Source: Lama guanicoe (Eukaryota). From it: a stretch of 64,000 nt of DNA. Of this stretch, positions 24,810 to 36,092 are shown piece by piece. Under the pieces are notes generated by a model. The model was not told the DNA's origin. It made no database searches and was given only the letters and a program-made list of their open reading frames with translations. The stretch covers positions 1,366,001 to 1,430,000 of the forward strand of contig MU054391.1 in NCBI GenBank assembly GCA_013239625.1, given 5' to 3'. Position 1 is the stretch's first letter, and every line of letters begins with the position of its first letter. A program made the translations under genes and the position numbers.

Positions 24810-26925
24810 CTGTCCAGCTCCCCGCCGAGACGGAGAGCAAGAGGAAGATCCTGGCGGCAGTCAGAGACCTTTACGGAGAAACCAGTCCTTCAAAGGAGCA
24901 ACAGGAAGATGGACAGATGTCTCCACACCATAAACAAGACAAGACAGAAGACAATTAAATGACAATTTTAAAACGCTTAAAAAAAATTTCCAAACTGGAA
25001 CTGAATACATACCAAAAATAGCCTTTAAATATTAAATAAAATGAATGTATTTTTAGACACACAAGAATTGAGAATTCATCATGAACAGAACGAGACTAAA
25101 GGAGATCAATTAAAAGCCACTTTCAACAGAAGGGAAAGAAAGAAGCAGGTAAGTGCAGGGAAGAGTGAAGAGCACCAGAGCAGGCAGCTACGCGGCTCAC
25201 TCTGACGGAAGGCGGAATACCGGTCACGCGAAGGTTACACGTTCTGTAGGATTTAAGTTACGCAAAAATTAAAACAGACGACAATTGCACAACAGACAGG
25301 AGTCGGACTACAGCAATGTCCTTGACTCATGGAGCAGTAAAAATAATGTACGCTTGTTAGTCAAGGACGCACATTACAATCCTTACTAAGACTAAAGTAA
25401 ACCCACGCATAAGCAATGAATTAACAAAGGTAACTGTAAAAAGTACATACCATTAATTAATTAAAAACAAAGCTAGAAAGGAGACAAACATAACAGAGAA
25501 CAGATGTGCAAATAGGAAAAAATAGTAAGATAATAGATTTAAATAATATAAGAATATAATAATGTAATTTATAATTATATTATTTATAAATATATAAATA
25601 ATATAAGTAAAAGACCAATGTTTTATAACCTGTATATTAAAACCTAAATATATGTTGCTTATAAGAAACATGTTTTAAACATAAAAATACAGAAAATTTG
25701 AAGTAAAAGAATTGAATAAGATATACTTTCAAAACACTCACAGAAAACGTCTGGCATGGCCCAACTTCTATCAGATGACGTAGACTTTAAAGTAATAAGA
25801 ATATTTAGAGATAGGAACATTTCAAAATAAAAGCATAATTTAATAGGAAGCTTAAACCATAGATTTATATGTACCTAACAAAACTATTTCAGACATATAA
25901 ATCAAAAGCTGAAAACTGACTAAAAAATTATAGAGAGAAATCTTAAAACAATTCTCTTAATAAAAGTAAAAATTAACAAACCCCAAAAATCAATAACAAT
26001 ATACAAATGTGAAAAACACAATTTTAAAAACGAACCCACTTTTCAAATTCATGTGGAGTACTTACAAAAATTGTTTCGATTATCAGCCAAAAAGCAAATC
26101 TAAATGCATTTTAAGTGATTTAATATATTCTCTAACCTCAGCAGGATCAAGCAAGACATGAATAGCAAATGATAGCTAAAGAGTTTTTTGGATTTTTACA
26201 AATTAAGCAATATACTTTTAAATAAATCATAAGAAGAGAAAAGTTATAAAAGAAATGAGAATTTTTTTTTTACATTTTTTATGGATTCATAATCATTTTA
26301 CAGTGTTGTGTCAAATTCAAGTGTTCAGCACAATTTTTCAGTCATTCATGGACATATACACACTCATTGTCACTTTTTTTCTCTGTGATTTTTTAACCAT
26401 GAGTCTATTTCTGTCCTGTATTTATGCTTTGTTTTTGTTTGTTTGTTTGTTTTTGTTTTTTAGATTCCACATATGAGCGATCTCATATGGTATTTTTCTT
26501 TCTCTTTCTGGCTTACTTCACTTAGAATGACATTCTCTAGGAGCATCCATGTTGCTGCAAATGGCAGAGAATATATTTTTAACTAAGTGGTTATGAAGAT
26601 ATAACATATCAAAGCTTTTGATATACAGATGACAATGCTTAGAGGAAAATTTACAGGTATAAATGCATGTATTAAAAAAAGAGTATTGTTAAAAATAAAG
26701 AAGCTAGATATCCATTCCAAGAAGCTATTTAAAAAGAAACTATTAATCATACCAAAAGTAGTAGAAAAGAAGATATAATAAAGTACAGGAAAATTGTAAT
26801 GGAAAGACTCAGAAAAGCCAAAAGTTAATTGTTTGAAAAGGCAAATAAATTGAAAAATCTCTAACTAGACCAACAGTGAATAGAAGAGCGGACACACACT
26901 ACCACCCGAGGAGTAAAAATTCAGG
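24810..26925 (+). mobile_element. Ancient LINE-1 (ORF1 3' end, inter-ORF, ORF2 endonuclease region), very AT-rich
   Basis: Degenerate ORF2 EN motifs (TATATGTTGCTTATAAGAAACA, TCAGATGACGTAGACTTTAA, TTTATATGTACCTAACAA, CTTAGAGGAAAATTTACAG). Confidence 0.8.
26262..26565 (-). mobile_element. Younger LINE-1 3' end fragment nested in the older L1
   Basis: Starts with a T tract. Contains TAGATTCCACATATGAG...TGGCTTACTTCACTTAGAATGAC...CATCCATGTTGCTGCAAATGGC. Flanked by GAGAAT on both sides. Confidence 0.85.
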
Positions 26926-26929
26926 CGTC

Positions 26930-28540
26930 ACACAGGTCACATCTTCGTGACCCTGCATTAAGCAGCGATTTCTTAAATAGGACACCACAAGCAACAAGAG
27001 AAAAAACTGTTAATTTGCACTTCACCAAAATTAAAAACTTTCGTGCATCAAAGGACACTGTCGGAAAGTGCAAAGACAACCCACAGAATGTGAGAACGTA
27101 TTTGCAAGTCACGTATGTGACAAGGTCCTAGTGTTCAAAGTGCGTCAAGGATGCTGCCCAGTCAATGAAATCAAGACAAACAACCTAAATGAAAAATAGG
27201 CAAACAATTTGAAAAGGCATTTCTCCAAAGAATATGTGAAAATGGCCAGTAAGCAGGTGGAGAGATGCCAGTATCCCCAGGCAGTAGAGCCGTGCAGGCT
27301 GAAACCACAGTGACACGTCCCTTCACCCACACCAGGAGGGCTACATGCAAACCAGAAGACAACGAAGCGTCGGCGAGGGCAGGCATGACGACCCGCTCAC
27401 CGCGGGGCCCGTGCTCACGGAACAGCCGCTGTGGGAACCAGTTCGGCAGATCCTCAGAAAGTTAAACAGAGTTATCATGTGACTGGGTAATTCCTCCCCT
27501 AGGTATATACCCAAGAGAAATGAAAATGTGTCCATACAAAAACTCTGCACAAATGCTAACAGCAGCACAGCCCAGCAGCTGAACAGTGGAAGCAGCCCAA
27601 ATGCCCATCCGCTGAAAACTGGATAAAAACAAGTTGTGGTGTCCATCGAAAGAGGACTGGATAAAGAAGCTGTGGTATGTTTATACAATGGAATACTACT
27701 CAGCCATAAAAAAAGAATGAAATAATGCCATTTGCAGCAACATGGATGGACCTGGAGATCATCATTCTAAGTGAAGTGAGCCAGAAAGAGAAAAATACCA
27801 TAGGATATCACTCATATGTGCAATCTGAAAAAAAAGAAATGAACTTATTTACAAAACAGAAACAGACTCACACACATAAAAAACAAACTTGTGGTTACCA
27901 AGGGGGAAAGGGAATGGGAAGGGATAGATTGGGAGTTCGAGATTTGCAGATACTAATACATATAAAACAGATAAACAACAAGTTTCTGCTGTAGAGCACA
28001 GGGACCTATATTCAATATCTTGTAGTGACTTATGGTTAAAAAGAATATGAAGGTGAATATATGTACATTCATGTATGACTGAACTATTATGCTGTACTCC
28101 AGAAATTGACACAATATTTTTAACTGGCTGTACTTCAATTAAAAAAATTGGAGCGAATACATACAGCAAAACACTGTTCAGGCACAAAAAGGGATGAAGC
28201 ACTGATGAACACTACAAAATGCATGAACCTTAGAAACGCTAAGCTAAGTGAAAGAAGACAGACACAAAGGCCACATATTGCATGATTCTGCTGACAAAGG
28301 TCCACAACGGGCAAATCCTTATGGACAGAAAGGTTAGTGGTTGCAGGGGCGGGGGAGGGGGAGTGAACAGTCGTGGCTCCATGGGGACAGGGTTCCTTTT
28401 CCGGTGACAAAATGTTCTGGAATTAGACAGCAACAATGATTGCACAACAGTATAAATGTGCCCCCAAAATTGAATTAGGTACTTTAAAATGGTTAAGATG
28501 GCAAATTGTATATTTTGTGAATTTTACCTCAAAAAAATGA
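26930..28540 (+). mobile_element. L1MB-like ORF2 end and 3'UTR, interrupted by a younger L1 3' end
   Basis: AAAATTAAAAACTTTCGTGCATCAAAGGACAC, CCTAGGTATATACCCAAGAGAAATGAAAA, and 3' terminus TGTGAATTTTACCTCAAAAAAA. Confidence 0.85.
27654..28147 (+). mobile_element. Younger LINE-1 3' end
   Basis: GACTGGATAAAGAAGCTGTGG...GCCATTTGCAGCAACATGGATGGACC...CTGTACTTCAATTAAAAAAA. Same family as the copies at 50 kb and 60 kb. Confidence 0.9.
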
Positions 28541-28661
28541 GTATCTACATAAAAGAAAAAATATATTAAGTTTATGGGTTAAACACAGTACTTTAAAGGT
28601 ACTGATTCTCTCCAGATCAATCTGCAAATTCAGTGTGATCCCAGTCGACATTCTCAGAGGG

Positions 28662-28662
<1 letters not shown>

Positions 28663-28700
<38 letters not shown>
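28663..28700. repeat. (TG)19 microsatellite within an old L1 ORF2 remnant (~28540-28860)
   Basis: Direct reading. Confidence 0.98.
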
Positions 28701-28701
<1 letters not shown>

Positions 28702-29790
28702 AAACTGGCGCATTTATCCTACGGGGAAATGCAAATGGCCGAGAACATGAAAGACAGCCTTGAGGAAGAAGGACAAAGCTGGAGACGTCACAGTCCTGGA
28801 CTTCAGACCTAATCTACAGGTGCAGCAATTCATCAAACACCGTACTGGGCCAGGAGATAGATGAGGACAGAGTTTTTTCAACCTTTAACATGTAAACATT
28901 TCAGAAGAGGGAACCCTAATTTTCACGGGGGGAATAAGCACCACCTGCAGACACGACCCCTTCCACCAGCAGATGAGTCATGATCATCACAACGCAGGTA
29001 ACTCTTGAGAGTCTGGGCAGGTGGGCTGTTTATTTATTATTTAATCGTTCTGCTTTTGTGCATGTTTAAATTCTTCATAATAAAAGGTTTTTTAAGTGTA
29101 TCAATTACTTGAAAAGTAAAACTCAGAATTCTCCCTCCCTAATAATTAAAGTATAAAAGGCTCAAGTAATCATGATCTGTAGACACCAACCTTCCACGTC
29201 TTCATTTGAAACCTCATGAAGGAAAATAAACATGAAAAACCTGCTGAAGCCAAATCCACTTATGGACCATCTGATCTCTCCAAGGCCAGACTTCGAGAGT
29301 CTGCACAGGCATTTCTGGAGACACATGGCCCCGGCCTCCTGCTGAGCCTCTCACTGCACTGCTAGGAGTGCCGGGTGTGGGCGGCTAGACACACAGCAGA
29401 CAGCAAGAAGGACGCAGAGGCAGGCTGGCTCCATACCCGGGTGGCGCCGCAAGCCGTTCGCACAGCCGGGCTGAGTCCCGGCGCCCCGGGCTGCTGCCAG
29501 GGTCTCCCGGAGTCGCCGGCCACATGCTGTGGGCAGTCTCGCCCTGGACGGGATCTGCGGAACGCCGTTCCTGCCCTCGCAGATTCCCAGTGGCTTGGTG
29601 AGGAAGGCAAGAACAGCAATGTGTCCCTCGTTGGGCTCAGGGGAAGGTCATCCCTGCTTTGTTCAGTGAGGGAGGAAAACCAGCCAAAAGCTGAAATTCG
29701 AAAAATGTACAGAGGTAACTAGACAGAACGAAAGGATAATTGGCCAGCCCTCTGCACTCTGTGTGTCGGCTGTTTTCCTGCTGGTGAGAG

Positions 29791-30306
29791 CGTTACTGAT
29801 CCCAAACCTACTTGCTCGCCGCACAACAGGCCAATAAATTGGGAGATGAGGTGTTGGGGAAGGAATAATGACCTTATTTGGAAAGCCGGCAGACTGAGAA
29901 GATGGGGGCTGACGTCCTGGAGAACCAGCTTCCTCAAGAAAGAATTCAGCTTCCTTTTATACTAAAATGGGGAGGGGGTGTGGTTGGTTGTTGCAAACTT
30001 CTCCGTGTCGGAATCCTTTGTTCTTGCAGCCATCCACCTGGGGCAGGTCATGATTTCCTATAAACCTCCAGCGAGACAAATGTTATTTTCTGTTCTGCAA
30101 CTTTTTACCTTTATATGAATGAGAAAGTGTTACACCCGTCAAGGTCAGAGCCTTGAGAAGGGGCTCTCCTGTACATTCCAGGCTACAGGCGGCATTCTTT
30201 TACAAAAGGTGCAGACCGAGCCTGACTCAGCGCGGGAAACGGAGCACAGGGTCAGAGCCTAAGGAACAGCTCTAACAGGGGGTCAGGTTTGTCCCTCCCC
30301 GTGACA
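29791..30306 (-). mobile_element. ERV1-type solo LTR (MER41-like), second copy
   Basis: Colinear with 1021-1477, e.g. CAAGGTCAGAGCCTTGAGAAGGGGCTCTCCTGTA is identical. Imperfect TSD AGAG/GGAG. Minus-strand TATAAAA at 29955-29961. Confidence 0.85.
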
Positions 30307-33029
30307 GGAGGACAAAGGAGGGACACAGCAGTTAGCCGCCTGCCGTCAGCCCTTTGCATCCTGGGGAACGAAGACGCGTTTCCTAGTGTTACATTGTGGC
30401 ACAAATGGACCCCAGACACGAGTGGCTGCCTCTGCTCTGCTTGGCTGAAGCCAGCAGCACCCCCGTCACTGACGGGGGCTACTCGAGACCGCGATGGCCA
30501 GCCGCCGGCTCAGTCTGTCACAGAGGCCGTCCCTCCAGGCAGTTACCAGGACGTCACACTGCCGCCGGGGCCGCCTGAGAGAGTGCTAAGCCAGGACCTC
30601 ATTTTCGAATAATTTGCTTCCCTGTTAAGTTCAAGACTTGTACGTTCCCCCGTGGTTCCAGACCAGAAGAGGCGACAGGAGGCAGCACATCTTCAGATGC
30701 AGAAAAATAAGCCGGGGCCTGGGATCGCCACTTGCCACTTGCCGTGAAGTAGGACGCAGGAGTCTGGAGCTTAAATGTGGCTTGTCCTTGATGCTTGTCA
30801 CCCTATACGCCTGGCACTTGGGGGAGAGGTTTTGCTGGTTAGTAGATTACAACTTCAACTTAGAAGACGCTGTAAGCGTGCCAGGCTTTACGAGCAAGTT
30901 TTCCAGACGGTCATTGGACGTCACAGCCTTTCCCCGAGCCCTGCTGCACGCGGGTGGCAGGGGTTAACGGGGCGCCCTCCCGGGTGCCCCCTCGGAGCTC
31001 AGGGTCCAGCAGGAGGGGCAGGTGCGCAGAGCAGTTCTGTGCGGGGCAGCGGCACAGGGCGCTGCGAAGGGACAAGCCTTCAGACTGTTTCCAGCTTCCT
31101 TGCAAATCCACTCAGTCTTTTACCAAGTTCCTCCAGGAAAGCTGGCTTCAATGACAGCCTATCCCTCTGGTTTTGCCAGGGAAGACTGGGTTTTGCACGC
31201 TGCCCCCAGCGTGAGTAGCATCCTGACGGTTGTGATTTCAAATGCCCCTGAGTACGTGCCACCACGGCCTCCACAAACGAGTGAATACGGTATCTCTCAG
31301 CTACTCCCTTAACTCAGCAGCGGGCTATTTTGGCCTTCGGGTACCCCTCACCCACCGCACCCCCCACACACGGAACACACGCCCACCCCTGTCCCTGACG
31401 TCACAGCTGTAATGAAAGCGCGGTCCCACCGCAGCCCTGGAGAACCGAGCACAGGCTCCAGCCCAGGAGGAGGGGCCCTAAAATGCAAGCATAACAGTAA
31501 AACCTGTCAGCTCACGTCACCAGGGCTCCGCAGTGACTGTGGCCGTGCAGGCAGATGCCGCCAAGGCGGGGCGGACGCACACGCATATGCCATGTCTGCC
31601 TGCGCTGTGGTGCTGCCTATGGCCTGGATCCAGGGCGCTCGCCCAGGAGTCCAGTGGTTCTAACCGTTTGATCAGTAGTTAATGAAAACGTGACGGTTCG
31701 ATTAGGCCGGTCGCCGCTAAAAAGCCGAGGCCCGGGTGTGTCTTGGAAGAAGCAGACGACGCAGGAAGGAGGAGCTCAAAGACCAAGGGACGTGGCTTCA
31801 CCGCGAGCCGTCGGCGACGGCCTCTGCGCTCCCTGTTTATTTTCTGAGATGCATCGGTCGTGGTTAACGTGACAGTCCTGTCCCGCGTGGAAGCTCTTAC
31901 GAGGGGCCTCAGTCTGAGCCAGGAGACCAGACGTCCCCAGATCAGGCACGCAGAGCGGATGCCGGAACAGATGAGGACCGGGCGCCCGGGGGAATGACGA
32001 TGGCTGGCGTGCATCAGGCAGGAGGGGAAACAGTTCCTGCACATCCAGAAAGTGACCTTCGATGCACAGTCACTAGTCCTTTTATTTTTCTTTTCAACAT
32101 CCCGTCTCCTCTCCTTCGGGTGATATTCCCACATTTAATATAGTAATGCCCCATTAACGTATCTATACATAGAATTGTACAAATCGTGCTCAGTCATAGA
32201 ATTGCACCATAATTGTGTAAATAGAGTTGGGCGCCAGCACATGTAGATAGGCCCACCTCCCAAGCTGGTCTGGGAGGCCCCGCCCTCCCCTGAGCCAGGT
32301 TTCACGCGGCGAGCGAGGCTCACACTCTAGAGAGTCCTTCCTGGCACTAGGACCCTGGAAAGAAGGGTGCGTGGGATTCACGCAGGGCAGCAGACAGCAC
32401 CCGGCCTGACCCCCAGCCCTGCAGTCGCCAGATGCCCCTTGGGGTCTGTGGTGGTTTCCTGGGTCCCTGTATCATTTCAGTGAACCTCCTCTTTGAATTA
32501 TACAGAGTTGATTTTTATTTATCGGAATCAAGAAACCTTGAGTAACAAACATTTGAAGAAACTTCAGCGAAGGTTTGGGAGTCTGTCACATCCCCTGCTT
32601 GCTCTGCAGCCTCGGCCCAGTCACCCAGCCTCTCTGGGCCTCAGGCTTCCTGGCCATAACGTAATGGACAATGGATTTACAGCTCTGGTTCCTTGCTGTC
32701 TCCTTAATTATGGAAGCTTAAGATTCCGAGCTGACAGACAGTATAATAAAATGTTCAAAGATACAATTTAAAGAACGAAAAACACAGCACAGCGATCCCT
32801 GACGGGAGGGTCCCTGGGCTGGTCCTTGGTTCCGAATCAGCGCAAACGTCGTCTCCGTCACTGGGTTCTGTGAGGCTCGCCCGAAGTCACAGGGTGCTCT
32901 TGATTGTTGGAAAATGCAAGTCAGGCTCACTAAGGGCGAGCACGTGGTGACATTGTTACAGACGTGGGCTTGTTTTTAAAAAATACAACAGTGATTTTTT
33001 CAAAACCCATAGTAATTCCTGACACTTGT

Positions 33030-33240
33030 ACATGCACTTTCGGTTTTCAAAACCGTCTCACGTGCATTCGCTCTCTCCTTGGAGTCTCGCTGGAACTGGT
33101 GGATTGTTACCCGCCCCCCTCATAGCTGAAAAACCTCGACTCCCAGAGGCTAACTGACTTGCCCAGGGCCACCTAACCAGTCACTGGCAGCCCCGGGCCC
33201 GGACCTAAATCCCCTGGCTCAGACGTGGTGCCCCCTCTGT
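33030..33240 (-). mobile_element. MIR SINE relic
   Basis: CATAGCTGAAAAACCTCGACTCCCAGAGGCTAACTGACTTGCCCAGGGCCAC matches the MIR core. Confidence 0.7.
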
Positions 33241-34594
33241 GCCCCAGGCTCCGCTCTCCCTCCGCTGAGTCCTGGGCCCCGGGCGCGGGGTCCTTCCTTC
33301 TGCCTGTGTTCCCTCCCGTGATGCAGCCGACAGCGATCCTCACCGCCTTCCTTCCAGAACGGAGCCCAGGGCTTTGCCACAGGGCTTTCCTCAATCTACT
33401 TGGATTACAAAGGGAGCCAAAACTCGTATTTCCTTTCTGGTTTAGTACAATCTATTTTATCCATTTTTAGGGAGAGATTATTCTGTAGAAATGGCATGTA
33501 AATCCACAAAATAAAGTCACCTTCCTTTGGATTCTAGACAAATAATAGGAAATAATCCTGACCAGACTGTGTTTGCAGAGCCAGAAAGCTCTGAGGAAAC
33601 ATGTGAATAAACAACACACAGCCCTGGGCTCCCTTCCCTGTTCGTGGATGAGAATTTATGACTTTCCTCCCCAGGTCAAAGTTAAATGAACCCATCGGGG
33701 GAACCTATAATTAGTATGAGTGGCTAATTCTGAGGGCTTCACTGCACATTCTCGATGACATTTCGTAGCACGAAGGGTGGCCATTATGAGGAAGCGCGCT
33801 GGCCAGTGAGTGAAGACAGGAATTAGCAATAAAATGCACGTCTGCGCATTTCACATACGACTTGGCCTGAGAAGAACAAGACAGACAGAGTCCGCGGAAG
33901 GGCGGCCCCCGCAAGTCCTTTCTCCGCGCGAGAGCACCCGTGCATTGGGGAATGTGTCCGCCTCACCCCGGCTCAGGGAATTCAGTGTGTGAATTAGCCC
34001 CAGATAGAGGAATGCAGGACATATTGTCCACACGACAAGGAATTTCACTATGAAAATATCCTGATAACAAGGTACTCATTTCCAAATTAAAAAACAAAAA
34101 CAAAAACCACTCTGATTTGTGTCCATCTCTTAAGGAATTCAGATTTTGCACAAAGAAGGACCAACCTAGGTTCTCATGAGCCACGCATGTGACCACATGT
34201 GGGTTATACCATGAATACATACGTATATATGTTCCTTTACTTAATAACTTAATTGTACACAGTGACAAAACTTTTATTTTTCGAAGGTTGAACATTTGGC
34301 CACGTGAATTAGGCCTGAAGGCAGAGTTTAAAAACTGTTTAATAAGAAATTCAAGATATCCTCTGATCCAACCCTAAATGCCATCAGTATCTTGAGCTAA
34401 CAACTGAATCAATGTCCAGAGGTGGATTATATTTTTTGTGCAAAAAATAAGAGATTTAGCAAAGAACGGTTTTGTCCGTGTGTTCGCCCACCCATCCTGT
34501 GTCGCTGACCGTCATGAGTAACTGCTAAGTGCTGAGACTACAACCGGGCCTCGAGGAGCAGCCTGTGAGCAGGATTCTGAAACGGTCTGGCCAA

Positions 34595-34990
34595 ACGTGC
34601 AGCTTGGGAAGATCACTCTGGCAACGCGATGATGGATGGACTGAGAGCGGAGGAAGGGAGCCGACCGGAGGGAACGTCAATAACCCGCGAAATAAATCCT
34701 GAAGCCTCTGATGGAAGCCGGGGCAGTGGATTTAGAAAGAAAAGGGCAGATTCAAGAGGTGTCAAGAATCTGGCATTAATAAGACGTGGTCGTATTTTGG
34801 AAGCAAAGGAAGATAATATTCCGCATTGAGGAGGACTGCAGTTCAGGAGGGCCTGGGCACCTGCGTACAGAGGGGTGGGACCCCTCACGGAGGAAACAGA
34901 AAGGCACGTGGGCCTGAGCGAGGACGTGGGGAGCTCAGTTCAGGACGTGCCCGGCATTAGATGCCCACGAACAGGATGGGCCGTTAAGGA
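34595..34990 (-). mobile_element. L2 LINE fragment
   Basis: GAAGATCACTCTGGC...GGCAGTGGATTTAGAAAG...GATTCAAGAG...GAGCTCAGTTCAGGACGTG follows the L2 antisense pattern. Confidence 0.65.
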
Positions 34991-35674
34991 GCCCGGGTCT
35001 GCTGCAGGAAGTAGCTTCACCTTACACTCGAGAAAGCCAAAACTTAGTGGGGGAGCACTTGCAGAAGGCGCAGGCACACATATGGAATCAAGACAGGAAC
35101 AGCATCTTAGTGGCCTGAGTTCCATCCGTGCTCCTTCCCTGGAACAGAGGTGTCCAGCCAGAGCCCTTGAGCTGTGTGCTGTGCACAGACATGGGCTCTG
35201 AAACCACACAGCACTTTTTAGTGGACCCAGCATTTTGAAAAAATAAGTGATTGTACAGAAAGAAAAACGTCTCTGTGTCTTGAAAAATTAGAACACCTGC
35301 CATTGCTCTGGCCAGCGGGGTCAAGGGGCCCGTGTGGGCTGCCAGCCTCTTCCCCAGGAAGCCCGCCCCTGCCGGCCCCTCTCAGCCCGGGGCCGCAGCG
35401 TCCTCACTCCTACCCCGTGCTGGTTTAGTTCACTTCTTCTTGTCATCTTGCTGTACGTGTTCCTCGTGTAGACGTGACTTACAGCGGAAGACCGGTGTTC
35501 TGAGAATCTATATGCTGCAAACGCTCAAAAACAGCCATCCTCAAGGAACTTCGATTATTCATATCTGTTTTTTAAATGGGACAATTGAGTGAAAATGTGC
35601 TATAATGTGAATGGTGACTGACCAGTCAGGGCTGAAAATAACCCACTAGTCATGTACCAGAGACCCAACCCACG

Positions 35675-36092
35675 CACGGCAGCCAATTTTCTACCAACTC
35701 GACTGGGCCTCAGCGAGCCTGGACATCTGGCTTAACGTTATCCTGGGGTGTGCTGGAAGACGCTAGCACTGACTCTGCAGACTGAGCACAGACCCGTCCT
35801 CGCCCTGTGGGTGGGGACCCGGCAGCCCGGTGAGAATACGCAGGAGCACAAAGCTGGGCGAGGGCGGAGCTCGCTCCCCGTCTGCCTGCCTGAGCTGGGA
35901 CGTCAGTCCTCCCTGCCCTGGGACTAGGATTTATGCCATCAGTGCTCCTGCACTTGCAGACAGCACATAGTGACTTCTCAGCCTCCATCATGCGAGCCAA
36001 CTCCTTGGAGTCAGCCTCATCTCCAGATACCCAGGGCGTGTGGACGGGTGCTCCTGCTGGCTCTGTTTCCCTGCAGAACCCTGGCTAGTGCA
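35675..36092 (+). mobile_element. ERVL LTR (MLT2-like)
   Basis: AATTTT...CAACTCGACTGGGC near the start. CTTCTCAGCCTCCATCATGCGAGCCAA and CTCTGTTTCCCTGCAGAACCCTGGCTAGTGCA at the end. Confidence 0.8.

Noticed and set aside
29925..29945. STAT/GAS site in the MER41-like LTR
   Set aside because: TTCCTCAAGAA has 5-nt spacing rather than the TTCN3GAA GAS consensus, and it is not shared by the other copy.
1021..30306. Single provirus bounded by the two similar LTRs
   Set aside because: Each LTR has its own TSD (CAGA versus AGAG/GGAG), they are 28 kb apart, and no gag/pol/env remnants are visible between them. They are independent solo LTRs.
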